From positions 62,001 to 125,889 of the forward strand of contig CDMY01000176.1 in the NCBI GenBank assembly GCA_001179505.1: a stretch of 63,889 nt of DNA. The letters run 5' to 3'. This stretch comes from Vitrella brassicaformis CCMP3155. Taxonomy: Eukaryota > Protista > Chromerida. Positions 21,902-34,837 of this stretch are shown piece after piece. The notes beneath the pieces are model-generated. The model was not told the DNA's origin, made no database searches, and saw nothing but the letters and a program-made list of their open reading frames with translations. A program made the position numbers and the translations under genes. Numbering within the stretch: the stretch's first letter is position 1; every line of letters begins with the position of its first letter.

Positions 21902-24900
21902 GTGTTGATGCAGGATGGTTGCGGAGGGGGTGCGCTCGGGGTCATCCCTCATCCATCCATACGCACCCAGTTGGCTGCAGATGACATTGGCTTCGGCGGC
22001 AGCGAATGTTCCGTCGCCACACACCGCTCCCCAGTCCTCCAGCTCCTCGTGGTAGATGAGGATCTGACCCTCAAAGGGCGACGCACCAGCGTGCAAGCGG
22101 ACCTCGCCATGCTCTGACACATACACACAGAGATGATTGATATCCTCGGCTGCTCATGCGCCTTTCTCCAGCGTGTCGTGTGCGCGTACTGGGCTTCGGT
22201 TTGCAGGACGGCGCATAATAAGACAGCTGGCCCGTCCGCAGACACTGCCGAGTGGCCATGTCGTGCGGCCACAGCTCCTCGCCCTCATCGCACAGGCCCT
22301 CATAGGTCACCACATCGCCCTCCTCCATCGCCACCAGGCTCGTCCGCGCGGCCGCGTCGTCCGATACCGCGATCTTGCCGATCTCGGGCACTGAGCCGGA
22401 GGTGGTGTTGGTGCTGTTGAGGACCTCCTGCCTGGCTTGAATGGAGGTCTGCGTGACGTTGACTTCGCACGTGCACGCCGGGCACGAGCCGCCGCAATCG
22501 ATGCCGAACTCGTCGCCGTTGAGCCTGCCGTCGTTGCACGACACTGAGGGAACAGCGACCGACCAGAAGTCACATTTTTTCGTGGGATTTGGCGGTTGTG
22601 GATATATAGGAGTGAGTACCTGTAGAGTTGAATGTGACCTCCTTCTGAGGCGCAAGGAGCTCCATGCCCACGGTGACGATGTGCCGCCATGAGCTGCCGT
22701 AGGCCTCCCCGCCGAGCGGCGCGCCACTCATCCCCGCCACCACACCGATCGGCAGCCCCTCCAGGCCTGGATCTGCACACAACACCAATGCCACCAACAC
22801 ACACATGAATGAGTGTCTGGTCCAACACACTCACTCACTGATGGTTTCCCAATGCTCACCTGCCCCGACGAAGCCCGCCACGCTGGATGCATCGAATCTG
22901 GGGTTGATTTGCGGCTCCATGTCGCTTGTGGGGCTCCTTGCCACAGGCACGTCGCTGAACGAGCCGTCGAATGACCTGGCCGTGTTGGTGCCAGGCGGGT
23001 CTGAGACGTCCCCTGATGGGTCGTTGGAGCCGGCGAGTGCAGCGGGGGCCGTTCGCGTGCGGGGCCCGATGCGGTTGCGATTGTTGGGGAGGTCGTTGAC
23101 ACGACTCGTGCGGTAGAAATCCCAGCCCACACCGTACACGAATCCCTTGCCCATCGGCTTGAGCCAATTGGGGGTGAACCCCAGACAACCTGCAGGGCGG
23201 GCAACCGACAGCACACACACGCACACACACAGAGCAACAGATAGAATGAGTGCAGTGCCGCAGGGGGCTCCTTTCATTCCCCCCCTCCCTGACTCACCGT
23301 ATAGCGGGATGGCCCCCTCAGGGAGGGACGACTCCGAGACGGACACCGTCACGTCCAGATCGGGAAGCTCCATCGGCAGCGACCGCAGCAGCTGGCCCTC
23401 ACGGTCATCCGGCGACTGCACACACCACACAGAGACACATCACACACGATGTCAGGTCAGGTGAGAGGTGTACTCAGTGACGGCGTCGATGGGATGGCGC
23501 TTACCGAGTTGCGTACGATGCTCTGCAGCTCAGTGGTGCGGTTGAAGCCGGCGCAGAAGATCATGTCGACGGCCAGACTCGGCACGGGAATGGCAATCGT
23601 CCAGTTGAAGAGGTAGTTGACCAGTGTCGCCATCTCCGTCTGCACCACTAAGGCCCCGCCAGATTCGACAAACCGCGAGAAGGCCTGGACATCTGACTCG
23701 TCCAGCTCCAGGAAGAGCTGCCGCCGCACCACGGGGGTCGGCACCCAGACGAAGGACTTGTTCTGGAAGAGGGCGCCGAGGGAGCCCGGCCTGAAGTCGT
23801 AGATGAGGTCCAGTTCGATGTCTAGAGAGAGGAGGAAGTTGCGGACGGCCATGGCGCTGGGGATGTACACCATGGACTGGTCGAACAGCAACACGCCCTT
23901 CCGCTGAGGCGCACCTGCACACACACGCACACAGGGGCCCGTTGACAGCCGCCGACCTGAGGGAATTGCCGGTGTTGTGTTACCTCGAGTGGTTGTCACA
24001 GTGTGGTCCCAGGGTGGTGGCGCCTCGGGCACGACTGGATCCCCATCTCGCGTTAGCAAGGGAGCCCCTTCCTTGGACTTGCCCGTGCACACCAGCCACG
24101 TGTCGGCATTGTCGCGGCATCCCTTCTGCAGCGTCCACCGGATGTTGGTGCACTCGGGCAGCCACCGCTCGCTGCCGCGGCAGTCGCACTGGTCGATCCA
24201 TATGGTGTCCTGGTCCTTGAAGGTGTTGGGGTCGACTGTGCCGCGGTAGAACTCCACCGCCACGCCCATCCCCAGCGATCGGCAGGCCACGTCGCCGATG
24301 AAGACGTCGAATGACGCGCCGCAGAAGGGCCGCCACTCGCCGTAGACGTACACCTGCACCAGGCCTTGGTTGGGCTCAGGCGACCCCACCAGCCGAATCA
24401 CACCGTCAACTGCAGCCAGGTGGAGGTGGACGGACACAAACAAAGAGACGCGCAGTCATTAATGATGACAACACAACCAGGCGCTGCATTCGCCTTTGCG
24501 CCGTGATGGTGTGTGTCACTTACCAGGTGCGTTGATGCACGCGGGAAATCCGGAACCATCTTCCCCCAGTATGAGAGTCTCTGGGCACTGGCACTCGAAT
24601 GTCCCCGGAGTGTTATTGCAGATGGCCCCTTCTGGGCAGGGCATCCTGGGCGGCATGGCGCCCTCAGGGTCAGCCAGGAAGGCCTCCCACTGCCGCTCAG
24701 CCTCCAGGCACTCGTCCACGTCCTGACACGTGCCGTTGACGAGCGTGTACCCCGGGTGGCACCTGCAGTCGGCCGTCCCGTCCTCCTGGTTGAGGCAGAT
24801 CGGGCACTCGTCGCGTGTGGCGTTGACGGAGGCGCACGCGTCTTCCTCGGAGCAGAAGATGTCCAGGCGCAGGTCGGTGGCCTGTCTCTCCTTGTAGTAG

Positions 24901-26474
24901 GTCCATGCCCCCGATGTGGGCCGGTTGCCGAGGGTGTCCTGGCTCGCCACGTGGCCATCTACCGCTATGCGGTTCCTGTCGAATATCCTGCAGCCATGCC
25001 ATGTGTGGTGGGGAGGGGGGAAACAACACATCCGATGACTTGGCTGTCCTTCTGTGTGTGGGTGAGGATTATGTTCCCACCATTTCTTGTATTGCGGCGA
25101 GAAGTAAAGGTAGAAGCTGCCGCGTGTGTATCGTGGCCACACTGCGTCGATGTCCTCCACCTCCCACACACCGTTGGGCTGCTCCGCGATGGGCGTATCG
25201 GGGTGGGACGCGAACCCGTACACATTCAAATACTGGATGATGAATGAGGCATAAACAAAACACACAGCAGAGCAGATGATGATGATGATGGGTGATCGAG
25301 TCGACCGAATTCTGTGCCCGCATCTCCCACCTCACCGGGCATCCGAGGCATCCCCCCTCCCTCAGCTGTACGTCGTCGATGGCCATGGCCTCCACGGCAG
25401 CACCCACAGCCTTTCTCTGCGCCTCGAAGTAGATGAGGAAGTCGCTCGATGCGATGAACCGTGTGCGGGCGTTCTGCCAGTTCTCTGAGCCGCCCTTGGG
25501 GACATCGCTGCCGAGCAGCTCCCACAGCTTGTCGGTGCGGTCGTTCTCGAACTTGTAAACCACCAGGTTGCCGAGGTCGTTGCCCTTGACGTAGAAGTAG
25601 AACTCGAGGCAGAACTTGGTGCCGGCCTCGCGGACAATGACGGGTGGGGACTGGATCATGGCGTTGCCCAGCACGTTGTTCGCCCTGATAGATAGATAAC
25701 GCACACACACACACGCACACAGAGAGGGATAAGCCCATCTCCGTCTCCACGCGATCTGCTCTCTGTGTCCCCTTCTCCCTCCCTCCCAGCACTTCCTCCT
25801 TACCATGTCCAGAGGTATGTGTCCCAGACGTAGCCGTTGATGGCCGTCCCCTCCCCCTCCCCGCCCTGGTGCACTGTCGGCGCATCCACAGGTGCCGGCC
25901 GACCACGCAATGGGAAGCTCGCCAGGTTGGCGAAGAGCTCCTGCGGCCCCAGCCCCCAGCCATCAGCGTCCTCGAAGCTGTTGAGGTACCCGCACAGCGT
26001 CCCGTCGAACGAGCACGACACGGCATCGGGGCACGTCCCCTTGTACAGGGCGATATCGTCCAGTGCCATCTCGCCCCAGTCCCGGAGCTGTCGTGCCTCG
26101 AAGACCACCTTGAAGGGCTTGGCCCTGGGCGGGATCTGCATCCTGGCCACCCGCCACACGCCCGACGCTTTGCCGTCCTCCTTGGAGAAGATCCACGAGC
26201 CGCCCACGGCGGAGGTGCCGTTGGGGGCCGCGACATCGCGTGGCTCGAGATCGGCGTCCATGATGAAGACGCTGAGGTCGACGATCTCCGAGCCGATGGT
26301 GAGGGGGGACCGTGCCACCCAGTAGAAGAACTCCAGACAGAGGGGAGCCGTGGTGTCTTCGTGGGCCGGGGAGATCAGCCGGGCTCGCGCACCGTACGGG
26401 TGGAAGAAAGCCGTGTCTGGGGCATGATAGAGAGAAGAGACCAAGGAGGGAGGTACAGGGGCATGCAGGCAGCT

Positions 26475-26505
<31 letters not shown>

Positions 26506-29500
26506 GTGTGTGTGTGTGAATATTGTTCCTTACCAATGTATGCGAAGTTGCCTGATGACGACGTGGGCGTGCTGTCGCTCTGGAAGGTCTGTCCGCCGCG
26601 AATCAGCACGCTGCCCGCAGCTGAACCAAGGCAACGCACACGCACCCGCACACGCACACACCACACATCGACTCTCTCTCTCTCTGTCCTGTTTTGCTAA
26701 CACACCTTCCAGGGACCAGTTGAAGTCGTCCGTAGCGTCCTGTTGGTAGCCGCAGAATCCGAACTCGAAATCACAAGGGACGACGTCACTTGCAAAGTCG
26801 TCATGCTCGTGGGAGAAGCTCTGGCAGCTCATCTGCACGTTGGGCAGGTCGCTGCGGCGCCCGTCCCACTGTGCCGTCTCCCAGTTGGCCTCGAGTGGCG
26901 GGTGCAGCAACCGCCCGGACACAATGGGGGAGAAGGCCACGGGCACGAGCGATCGTGAGAAGCCCTGCAGCTGGGGCAGGTACTGGTCGGGGGAGCCATG
27001 GAAGGAGGTGCCGTTGAGGGCGTCGAACGAGATGACCCAGCGGGACTGATCGGGCTCGTACGACAGGATCAGCTTCTTGTTGTTCCAAACCTGCCAGCCA
27101 GCCATATCACACACACGTGAGTGAGTAAATGTGAGCTCCTTCCGACCGCTCCTTGTTTCGTTTCGCAGGCCACGCACCTGGTGTCCGTTTCTGAAGCCGT
27201 TGGCGACCCAGAAGCGCGAGACATATCTGAGCATGGGCAGGTTGGCCGACCTGAGGTTCCTCACGTGCAGCACCGAGCAGGGCCGGATGGCGGGTAGGTC
27301 TACCGGGCTGACGCCTGTGGCGTTGGTCAGGCTGGTGGCGTTGGCCTCACTGGTGGGGATGGCAGTGGTGTTGGTGGCGTTGTTGGTGTCCAGCATGGGG
27401 TACTTGCTGCACCAGCCCTCCAGCACCAGGATGTCGTCGATGGCCATGAAGGGCGTGAACTGCTCGCGCAGCTGCACCCAGCGCTCGTTCAAGGTGGCGC
27501 GGAAGGCGAAGCGGAATGGCCCCTTGGGTCTCAGCTGCACCACCACCCGTCGCCACCCCTCCGTGCTGCCCTCACCAACCGTCACCACATCGGTGGCGTT
27601 GCCGTGGTCCATCACAACGTCGCCCACCGCTGCGTCGGCAAACTGCTTCTCGCGACCCTCTTTGGGCTCGTACACCATTGCCTGCATCCGGTAGGCGCCG
27701 GCCGTCTGCAGCCACACCCACATCTCGACGCAGTGGGGGCCGCCGCGGTTGATGTGGGGCGACACGGCCAGCTCGGGGATGGGCGCCGTCACGTCCTGCG
27801 TCAACTCGGGCACGAAGCTCAGGTCCAGCAACGCATACCGACCTGCTCGGTCAAACACACACACAGAGACACATGTGTTTGGTGTGTGTTGTGAGGTGCA
27901 TTCATTCATTCATTGCGTGCTTACCGAGTCCGGATCCCTGTGTGTGATCCTCCGGGGGCCCCGGTTTGTCCATCCTGTCCTCCGTGCGCTGCTCCACCTG
28001 CCAGTCGAGTGTGAAGTCCTCCTCACTTAGCCAGTCCAGCCCCTCGGTGCTGTTGGTCTGCCGCTGCGACGAGCGCAAAGGGCCCCGCTGCCGGCCCAGC
28101 TGGCCCCGCCACGTGGACGGACCGATGTCCACTCGCAAGGACGACGGCACGGCCCCTGACACGGGGGGCGCCGCCAGTCGTGAGAGCCGTGTGGAGTAGC
28201 CGCAGTCTGTGAAGTCGAAGTCGCATGAGCCGACGGTGCCGCACCAGACGCTGATGTTTTGTGCTGTGGAGACTGGCCCGATGAGGGCCGTGAAGTTGGG
28301 GACGCCGCCGGCCAGGAAGGTCTGGGCCACATACGACTGCCACTCGCCCTGGGGGGGCACGACGCCGTGGTGCGCCTCGATGACGTCTGGGGACCGGAAT
28401 ACAAGAGGCTGCACACACATAGAGACACACGCAGCAGACGCGTACGCCAATCAACGGTGCCGTCCACCACGCTCTCTCCCATCGCCCACCTGGTTGGGCG
28501 CCCACATCCACCATGGCGCCTCGGGTATTGAGAAGTCGCGGCCCACCCGCATGAGGCCGAAGGGCTCGATTGGTTTGGACCAGGCAATGCCCGTGGCAGC
28601 GATGAATGGCGTGTCTGGGGTGTCCACCCGCTCCCCTGTCCCGTTCACCGACTCGGCCAGGTCGCTCACACGGAGAGTCCATTCTCCGTTGAGGTCGCTC
28701 GTGGCGGCTGGGAAATTGGCAAATGACAGCACGGGGCACTCGCTCAGCCCGACGGCGTACTTGAGGGCCCGGTAGGCATTGACGCGCGCGTTGGTGATGA
28801 CAAGGCCCTGGAGGTAGGGCGAGTAGTCGGCTGAGGCGAGAATGCTGCGCTTCACTTGTGACGGGGTCAGGTGGGGGAGGTAGTCCATGAGCAGTGCCGC
28901 CACTCCGGCCGTCACGGGCGCCGCCATCGATGTGCCCGACGCTGTGGCGTAGCCTTGGCCGTGGAGGGGAACTGAGGGCGACAGCGCTTGTGGCACTCTG
29001 CCATATGTGCTGAGTATTTCCCACCCGGGGGCCCCCACATCGACGATCTGCTTGCCGACATTGCTGAAGCCCGCCACGCCGTCGCTGGGCACCGTGGCGG
29101 CGACGCATATGACGTTGTCGAGGAAGAAGCCGCAGGGGTAGTCCTGGACGGACACCATCCCGTCGGCCGAGCGGCTGTCGTTCTCGGCGTTGTCGTTGCC
29201 CGCTGCCGTGATCAGAATGTGACCCATGTCGCCCAGCCGACGGATGATCCGTCGGAGCACGGCGTTCATGAAGTAGGCAGCACGGCGCCACCCGAAGGAC
29301 GCCGTCGACACCTTGGCACCATTCTGGACGGCATAGTCCCACGCTGACATGACAGGGCAGACACAGACACAGACAGATGCGATGCGTGTCTTACGGAGTC
29401 TCTCTCGTCCTCCAATGCATTCATTCCAATGCTCTCCTTTCTCGTCTCTTCTCTATCTCTCTGTTCTGTGGCCCGGCCCACCGCACCGGCAGCGTATGCG

Positions 29501-31041
29501 TCATCTCTGCCGCCGCCAAGTTCGTCCATGACCTGGAGGCCCATGAGCCTTGGCTTCCACAGCACACCAGCCATACCCTCAGAGTTGTTGGCCACCGCAC
29601 CCACAATACCTGAATTGAATCATAAGACACACCACGACACGCCACGTGCAGCCATAGCAACCAACAGCCATCACATCGATGGACTCGCTGCGTTCGTTGC
29701 GTGTGATGTGATGTGTGATGTGTGATGGTCTGTCTTTCTGCGTCGGTGCGCACCGGCAACGTGGGTGCCGTGGTCGTTGCTTGACATGGTGTCGTTGTCG
29801 TCATTGATGAAGTCATAGCCAATCAAGTCGTCAATGTACCCTGTTTGCCCGCACAGCAGACCACAGCAGATCACAGCAGACAGAAGCATGATCCGCCCAC
29901 CACCCTGTCCCTCTCTATGAGTGCAGGGCGCTGGGTAAGTCCGTTTCCCTCACCATTGCCATCGTTGTCGATGCCGTCAGGGATCTGAGAGAACGGACGG
30001 AAGAACCACAGAAAGTTATCAGCAGCGGATCAGTCTGGACCACACACATGGCGTGATTTATTCTGTCGTCACCGACCTCATCAGGGTTGTGCCAGATGTT
30101 GTCGATGAGGTCGGGGTGCAGGTAGTCCAGACCGCTGTCAACGATGGCCACTATGATCCCATTGTTGCCCTGACACAACACGCCACGCCACGCCACGCCA
30201 CGCCACGCACATCCAATCCAATCCAATCCAATCAGCCCAGTCATGCGGCGTCATTTCGTATATATGTGTTGCCCACCCCACCGCCGACCCCACCCACCTT
30301 GTGAATGGCCCATCCTTCATATGCCTGGATGGCCCTGAGCCACCACATCCCATTGGTGCCAAGCAGGGGGTCATTCGGCACCACACGATCGACACCCTCA
30401 CCACCGGCGGCTCCATCCCCCTGCTGTTGCTCCTGCAGCCGCCTGGCTCTCCTGGCCTCCTCCGTCCCAGCCGCCATCGCCCCCGCCCCTTGGGACGGCA
30501 GCTGGGTCATCTTGGGCTGCTGGATGGGCACTGTCCACTCATCGTTAAACTGGGACGCTTCAACAAAAGGGTGGCTGTCGAGGTGCTCCTTGACAGCCGT
30601 CTTGTTGCCCTGCGGCTGGACCGTCACGATCTCCACATCAAGTGCTTTGAGGGGTCGGATGGACTGAATGCCCAGAGAGGGGTCGAGGGTGAGTGCCCTG
30701 CGATAGTGGGCACGGTCCTCCTCTGAGAGTGTCTCGGGGAAGGTGAACAGCAGCTTGTGGGGGGTGGTGGACGGGGCACCTGAAATCCACAACACACACA
30801 GACACAGGCACACAGGCACACAGATGAGTCATCTCCCTGCAACTACATGGGAGTGCGTGTGAGAGTGTGCGTGCATCCGCCAGCCTTGTCACTCACCAAG
30901 TGCGATAGACACGAGAAGCAAGACACACAGCATGACGCCCTTCACACGTCGCGGTGTGCATGGGTTCGTCATCGACGCTTTGCCCGTCAGCAGCGGCACA
31001 CCCTCACAGCTCGCCCCTGCCATGGCTGGGCTGTTCGTCAT
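21373..31041 (-). CDS. Giant secreted mosaic protease: S8 subtilisin + 3 MAM + EGF/EGF-Ca + SRCR + GATase-like module + Cys-rich repeat + sushi + SRCR
   Basis: Hydrophobic leader VMLCVLLLVSIALG. Catalytic triad IVDSG / HGTHVAG / SGTSMAAP, with oxyanion-hole AAGN. Three MAM units (CDFD..C, CDFE..C, CSFD..C, each ending in A[IL]DD[IV]). CRCHPGYTL..CQDVDEC...CNNTPGTFECQC. SRCR IRLVG...GLVQV..GEWRPFC and VRLHAG..FEGQILIY...WGAVC. Sushi VTYEGLCDEGEEL...CLRTGQLSYYAPSC. Start and stop positions are approximate. Confidence 0.85.
30180..30233. repeat. Adjacent pentamer microsatellites (CGCCA)n and (ATCCA)n in a subtilisin-gene intron; representative of window-wide intronic simple repeats
   Basis: Visible directly. 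Similar arrays include (AAGGC)n at ~15530-15553, (GGGCA)n at ~53512-53537 and many (TG)n/(CA)n tracts. Confidence 0.9.
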
Positions 31042-32440
31042 GGATCCTCTCAGGTCAAGAGGCGCGCCGGGTGCGCGAGGCCATGCACCGATCTGTCTTG
31101 CTTCCAGATGTCTTGAGGAGAGATGAGCAGGTTGGTGGTTCTCGGTGACTTCCTGATGACTTGCTGAATGAAACAGCAGATGTGCGATACTCCAATATGC
31201 GATGGCGCTGAGAAACAAGTGCTGGGACTTCTGCGATCCTTCTCGCAGATGCGAGCTGAGCTGCAAGACTTCTCAGCCGTCGGCTTCTGGACCTTTCGGC
31301 TGGAGCGTCGCCTGCCTGTATGGTGCTGATCATATCGTCTATCGCGATTGGCTCGTTCGTGGCGTGGCTTGTCAGAAGCAGGAGGCCGTCTGCACCGACC
31401 GACAAGCGACTCAACTTGAAGGTGGAGGTCAAACAGCCAGGGGAAAGCGTGGAGGGAGCCGTGGCCTCTGAGCGTCACGGTGTAATGGCGGCAGGCGGCT
31501 GATTCCGTAGCTTCGGCGTTCTCGAGCGGAGGCGCTTGTACTGTAGACGGCTGTCAAGGGCCGTGGATGGAGGAGAGGGACGGGGAAAGGGGTTGGCTTG
31601 TCTGCCGAGAGCTAGGTTTTGCCTGTCTGCTTCCCAGCGCGACGTCTGCCACTGCCTGTCTGTCTCTGTCTGGAGTAGATGCATTTGTCTGTCTATCTGT
31701 CGGGGAGCATGTGTGTAGACCTGTCTGCCTGTCTGCCTTGCTCACCGTGGTACGGGACGGGGGTATGTCATGTCGATGGATTGATTAGATGGGGCAGTGC
31801 AGTGCCGTGCAGTGCGTGCAGTGTTCTTGTCTGCCTGTGCTTCCCTTCCCTGTGCATTTGCTCATCACGATCACGTACGGACGCTCTGGTTGGGCTGCCT
31901 GCACGGCGATTTAAGTGGGCCTTTTTCCCGCTCGTTTTTCCGTGACTCATGGACAAACAGACTGCATATAATGTATGTGATTTGATTGATTGATTGATCA
32001 ACTGGCTACCCTGACGCAGTCATAAGTTGTTTGACCGAGAACATTTCGGTTGAGTAGTACACCTACAAACGCACTCACGAAGGCAAAGATGGTATGATAA
32101 AATGCACTCAATCCATCCATCCAGCCATCCAGCCACTGTGTGTGTCGTGTCATGTGTCTGTCCATTCGAGTCGACACTGTCCGCTGCGTACCGATCGATC
32201 GACACTTCCATGTGGTAGATGGCTGGCTGGCTGGCTGGATGGATGGATGGACTGACGGAGAATGGACTGCTGCACTGACTGCATTGAACAGCAACAGGTC
32301 ACCCATGTGACCGACCAGTCAAGTCAGGGCAGGACAGTCTTTGCACATGCCATGCATGGTTGCAACTGTCAAGGATACAAGCTAACTAACTAGTGAAATA
32401 CACCCACCCACATCGACGCAGACCAGCCCCCCCACCCACC

Positions 32441-32740
32441 NNNNNNNNNNNNNNNNNNNNNNNNNNNNNNNNNNNNNNNNNNNNNNNNNNNNNNNNNNNN
32501 NNNNNNNNNNNNNNNNNNNNNNNNNNNNNNNNNNNNNNNNNNNNNNNNNNNNNNNNNNNNNNNNNNNNNNNNNNNNNNNNNNNNNNNNNNNNNNNNNNNN
32601 NNNNNNNNNNNNNNNNNNNNNNNNNNNNNNNNNNNNNNNNNNNNNNNNNNNNNNNNNNNNNNNNNNNNNNNNNNNNNNNNNNNNNNNNNNNNNNNNNNNN
32701 NNNNNNNNNNNNNNNNNNNNNNNNNNNNNNNNNNNNNNNN
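32441..32740. other. Assembly gap (300 N)
   Basis: N run, followed by a poly-C tract. Confidence 1.
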
Positions 32741-33005
32741 CCCCCCCCCCCCCCCCCACCGACTCACTGGCGGCGCACGCACAGACCAGACCAGCCCAAC
32801 ACAGCCCAACACAACCAGCCACTTGCACCGATAGACAGGTAGATAGAGACAGAGAGAGGATCGGATCAGCAAGCAATGGAGAGTCCACCACCCTGCAACG
32901 AACGACCTGCATGAACATGAACAAACAATGGTGGCCCTTGCCGCCCTTGCGTCGTCTGCTCCCCCCTACGTGTGCGCACACGGCCACAGCGTTCGAAGGG
33001 TAGAG

Positions 33006-34474
33006 CTACTTCGCTCCTATGGTGTCCAGCTTGTTGCGGACCAGGGCCGCTGTGCGAGGGAACTGCTGAGCCACCGCTCGTTCGCCCACAACTGGCGGCT
33101 CAGTGGTGCGGATCGACAGTTCCCCGGTGTCCGAGCCTCCGGTGTTGTAGCCCATGTTGAAAGATGTTCTCACGCGAATAAGCGCAGCGAATTCGTCACC
33201 CGGTCTATCTCCACAAAGGACCACTGTTGTCTCGCACTTTCCGAAGTTAAAGACGTACGCCAGGCGACTGCCGCTCCACATCGGGTCCATTCGGGCGGTG
33301 AGCTGTCTGAGCTGCTCCGTCATCTGAAGCTGGGAGTCTCGTGTGACGACATCGTCGGGGGCCATGCAAACTTGGGAGCTGGTCAAGGAGCACCCGCATT
33401 CGTTGTGGATGAGCAGGCCGCTGAACGATGCAGCAACTTGGTAATCATCCCCTGGCAAGAAAACGAGCCAGACACAGAACGGCCAGAGCAAGAATTGTTC
33501 CCTGCCACATGGTCAGGTAGTGCGCAGCTGTCGCCTCCCGTGGGACAGGTGGGTCTGATTCGTCGACCTTGTAAGAGGAGAGGCCGGGCGGCAATGTGCG
33601 AATGCTCAGGATTCGCTTCAAGGCCTCTGAAAAACCCTGCCGGTGTTGGATCCCGATACGGGCCGTCCACACAGAACCAATGTTAAGTCGACCGCTGAAC
33701 AGCGAAAACCCGCGGATCGTCTCAGGACGCGATAGGAAAGCCGCCCTGCTGCCCACTTGACGCACGTCATAAGCCGTCATGGTCATCGGCAACGCAGGGA
33801 GGTCGTGGCACTTGCTCAGCAAGTGAACAGCCACACACCTCTTCCAGGACCCTCCCTCCTCGATAATGCTCGTCATCCGAAGCAGATACTCCATTCTGCT
33901 GATCCTTTTGCGGCAGCCCAGCAGCACCGGCAGCCCGTTCCACAGAGGCCCAGTGACGTACATCGGAAGTCTTCCGAGCTTGTCCTCCAAAACGCGGTTG
34001 AGTTCGTAGGTGAGCCTTTTGTTGGCAACAAGGAGGAGGCCATACATGGACAAGATCCCTGTCAGGCACGGGACGGCTTCACGGGACGGCTTTCAACAGA
34101 TACATCAAGAGCAAGGGGGAGCGGCAGAGAGTCACCGTCACATGAAACACAGCGCCTCCCAGGGCGAACCATGCGACAAGCAGCCAAGAGTCCACATCCA
34201 CTAGTGTGCTCCAAGCGGCCGTGAGGCAGTGCCGCAGATACGCCAAGGTCGTCTTGTGCCGCTTCGCCACTGCCATCACCCCGTCCAGGCCCCTCTCGCG
34301 GGTGGATCTGTCGATGTGGGCCGTCAGATAGTCCTCACTGATGAGATGACAGCCGATGCTCTTGGACGTGGCTCGAAGGGTGCCGCAGCTGACGGAAGGG
34401 AGGAAGCTCCTCACTTCTGTGGCCATGTCAGCGGGCAAGCGGACGAGTAAGCACTCAGAATGAAATCCAGTCAT
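33006..34474 (-). pseudogene. Intronless lineage-specific hypothetical protein (F-box-like N-terminus), frameshifted
   Basis: Three consecutive ORFs (34079-34474, 33445-34053, 33006-33491) read as one protein: LVRLPADMATEVRSFL ... YLLRMTSIIEEGGSW ... VVLCGDRPGDEFAALI ... TTEPPV...QQFPRTAALVRNKL. The first break is an exact 13-bp tandem duplication. The style resembles expanded Vitrella families (recollection only). Confidence 0.65.
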
Positions 34475-34837
34475 CGCAGGAAGTTAACACTGGGGAAGTA
34501 TCTTCACGCAAAGGCGATCACCTTTTTGAGCTCGCCAATCGAAGCTAGCGCTTTTCGCATGCAGTTTCCTCCCGTGGAAAGGAGGAGCGGCATAAATCTG
34601 TTCTGAAGGGCTCTGAGTAATTACTGCAGGCCCAGCTGGGCAGGGCGCGGCTCCCCCAGTCTCAAGTGTTGGCTCTTTGCCCGCCGCGGCAATTCGGCAG
34701 CCAAAGGCTTCCGGGCGGCTCACTTGAAGGTTTGGCTTGCTGCCTGAGAGTCTTCATCTTGCCGTGGACCCGTCGACTTTGACGGACGTCATTGCAAAGA
34801 GCAGACTCTGACTCAGCGTGGCCAAGTCGGTGAAGCC

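Noticed and set aside
31055-31560. Coding-like ORFs upstream of the subtilisin gene
   Set aside because: No recognisable motif or consistent splice path into the protease; probably 5' UTR or chance ORFs.
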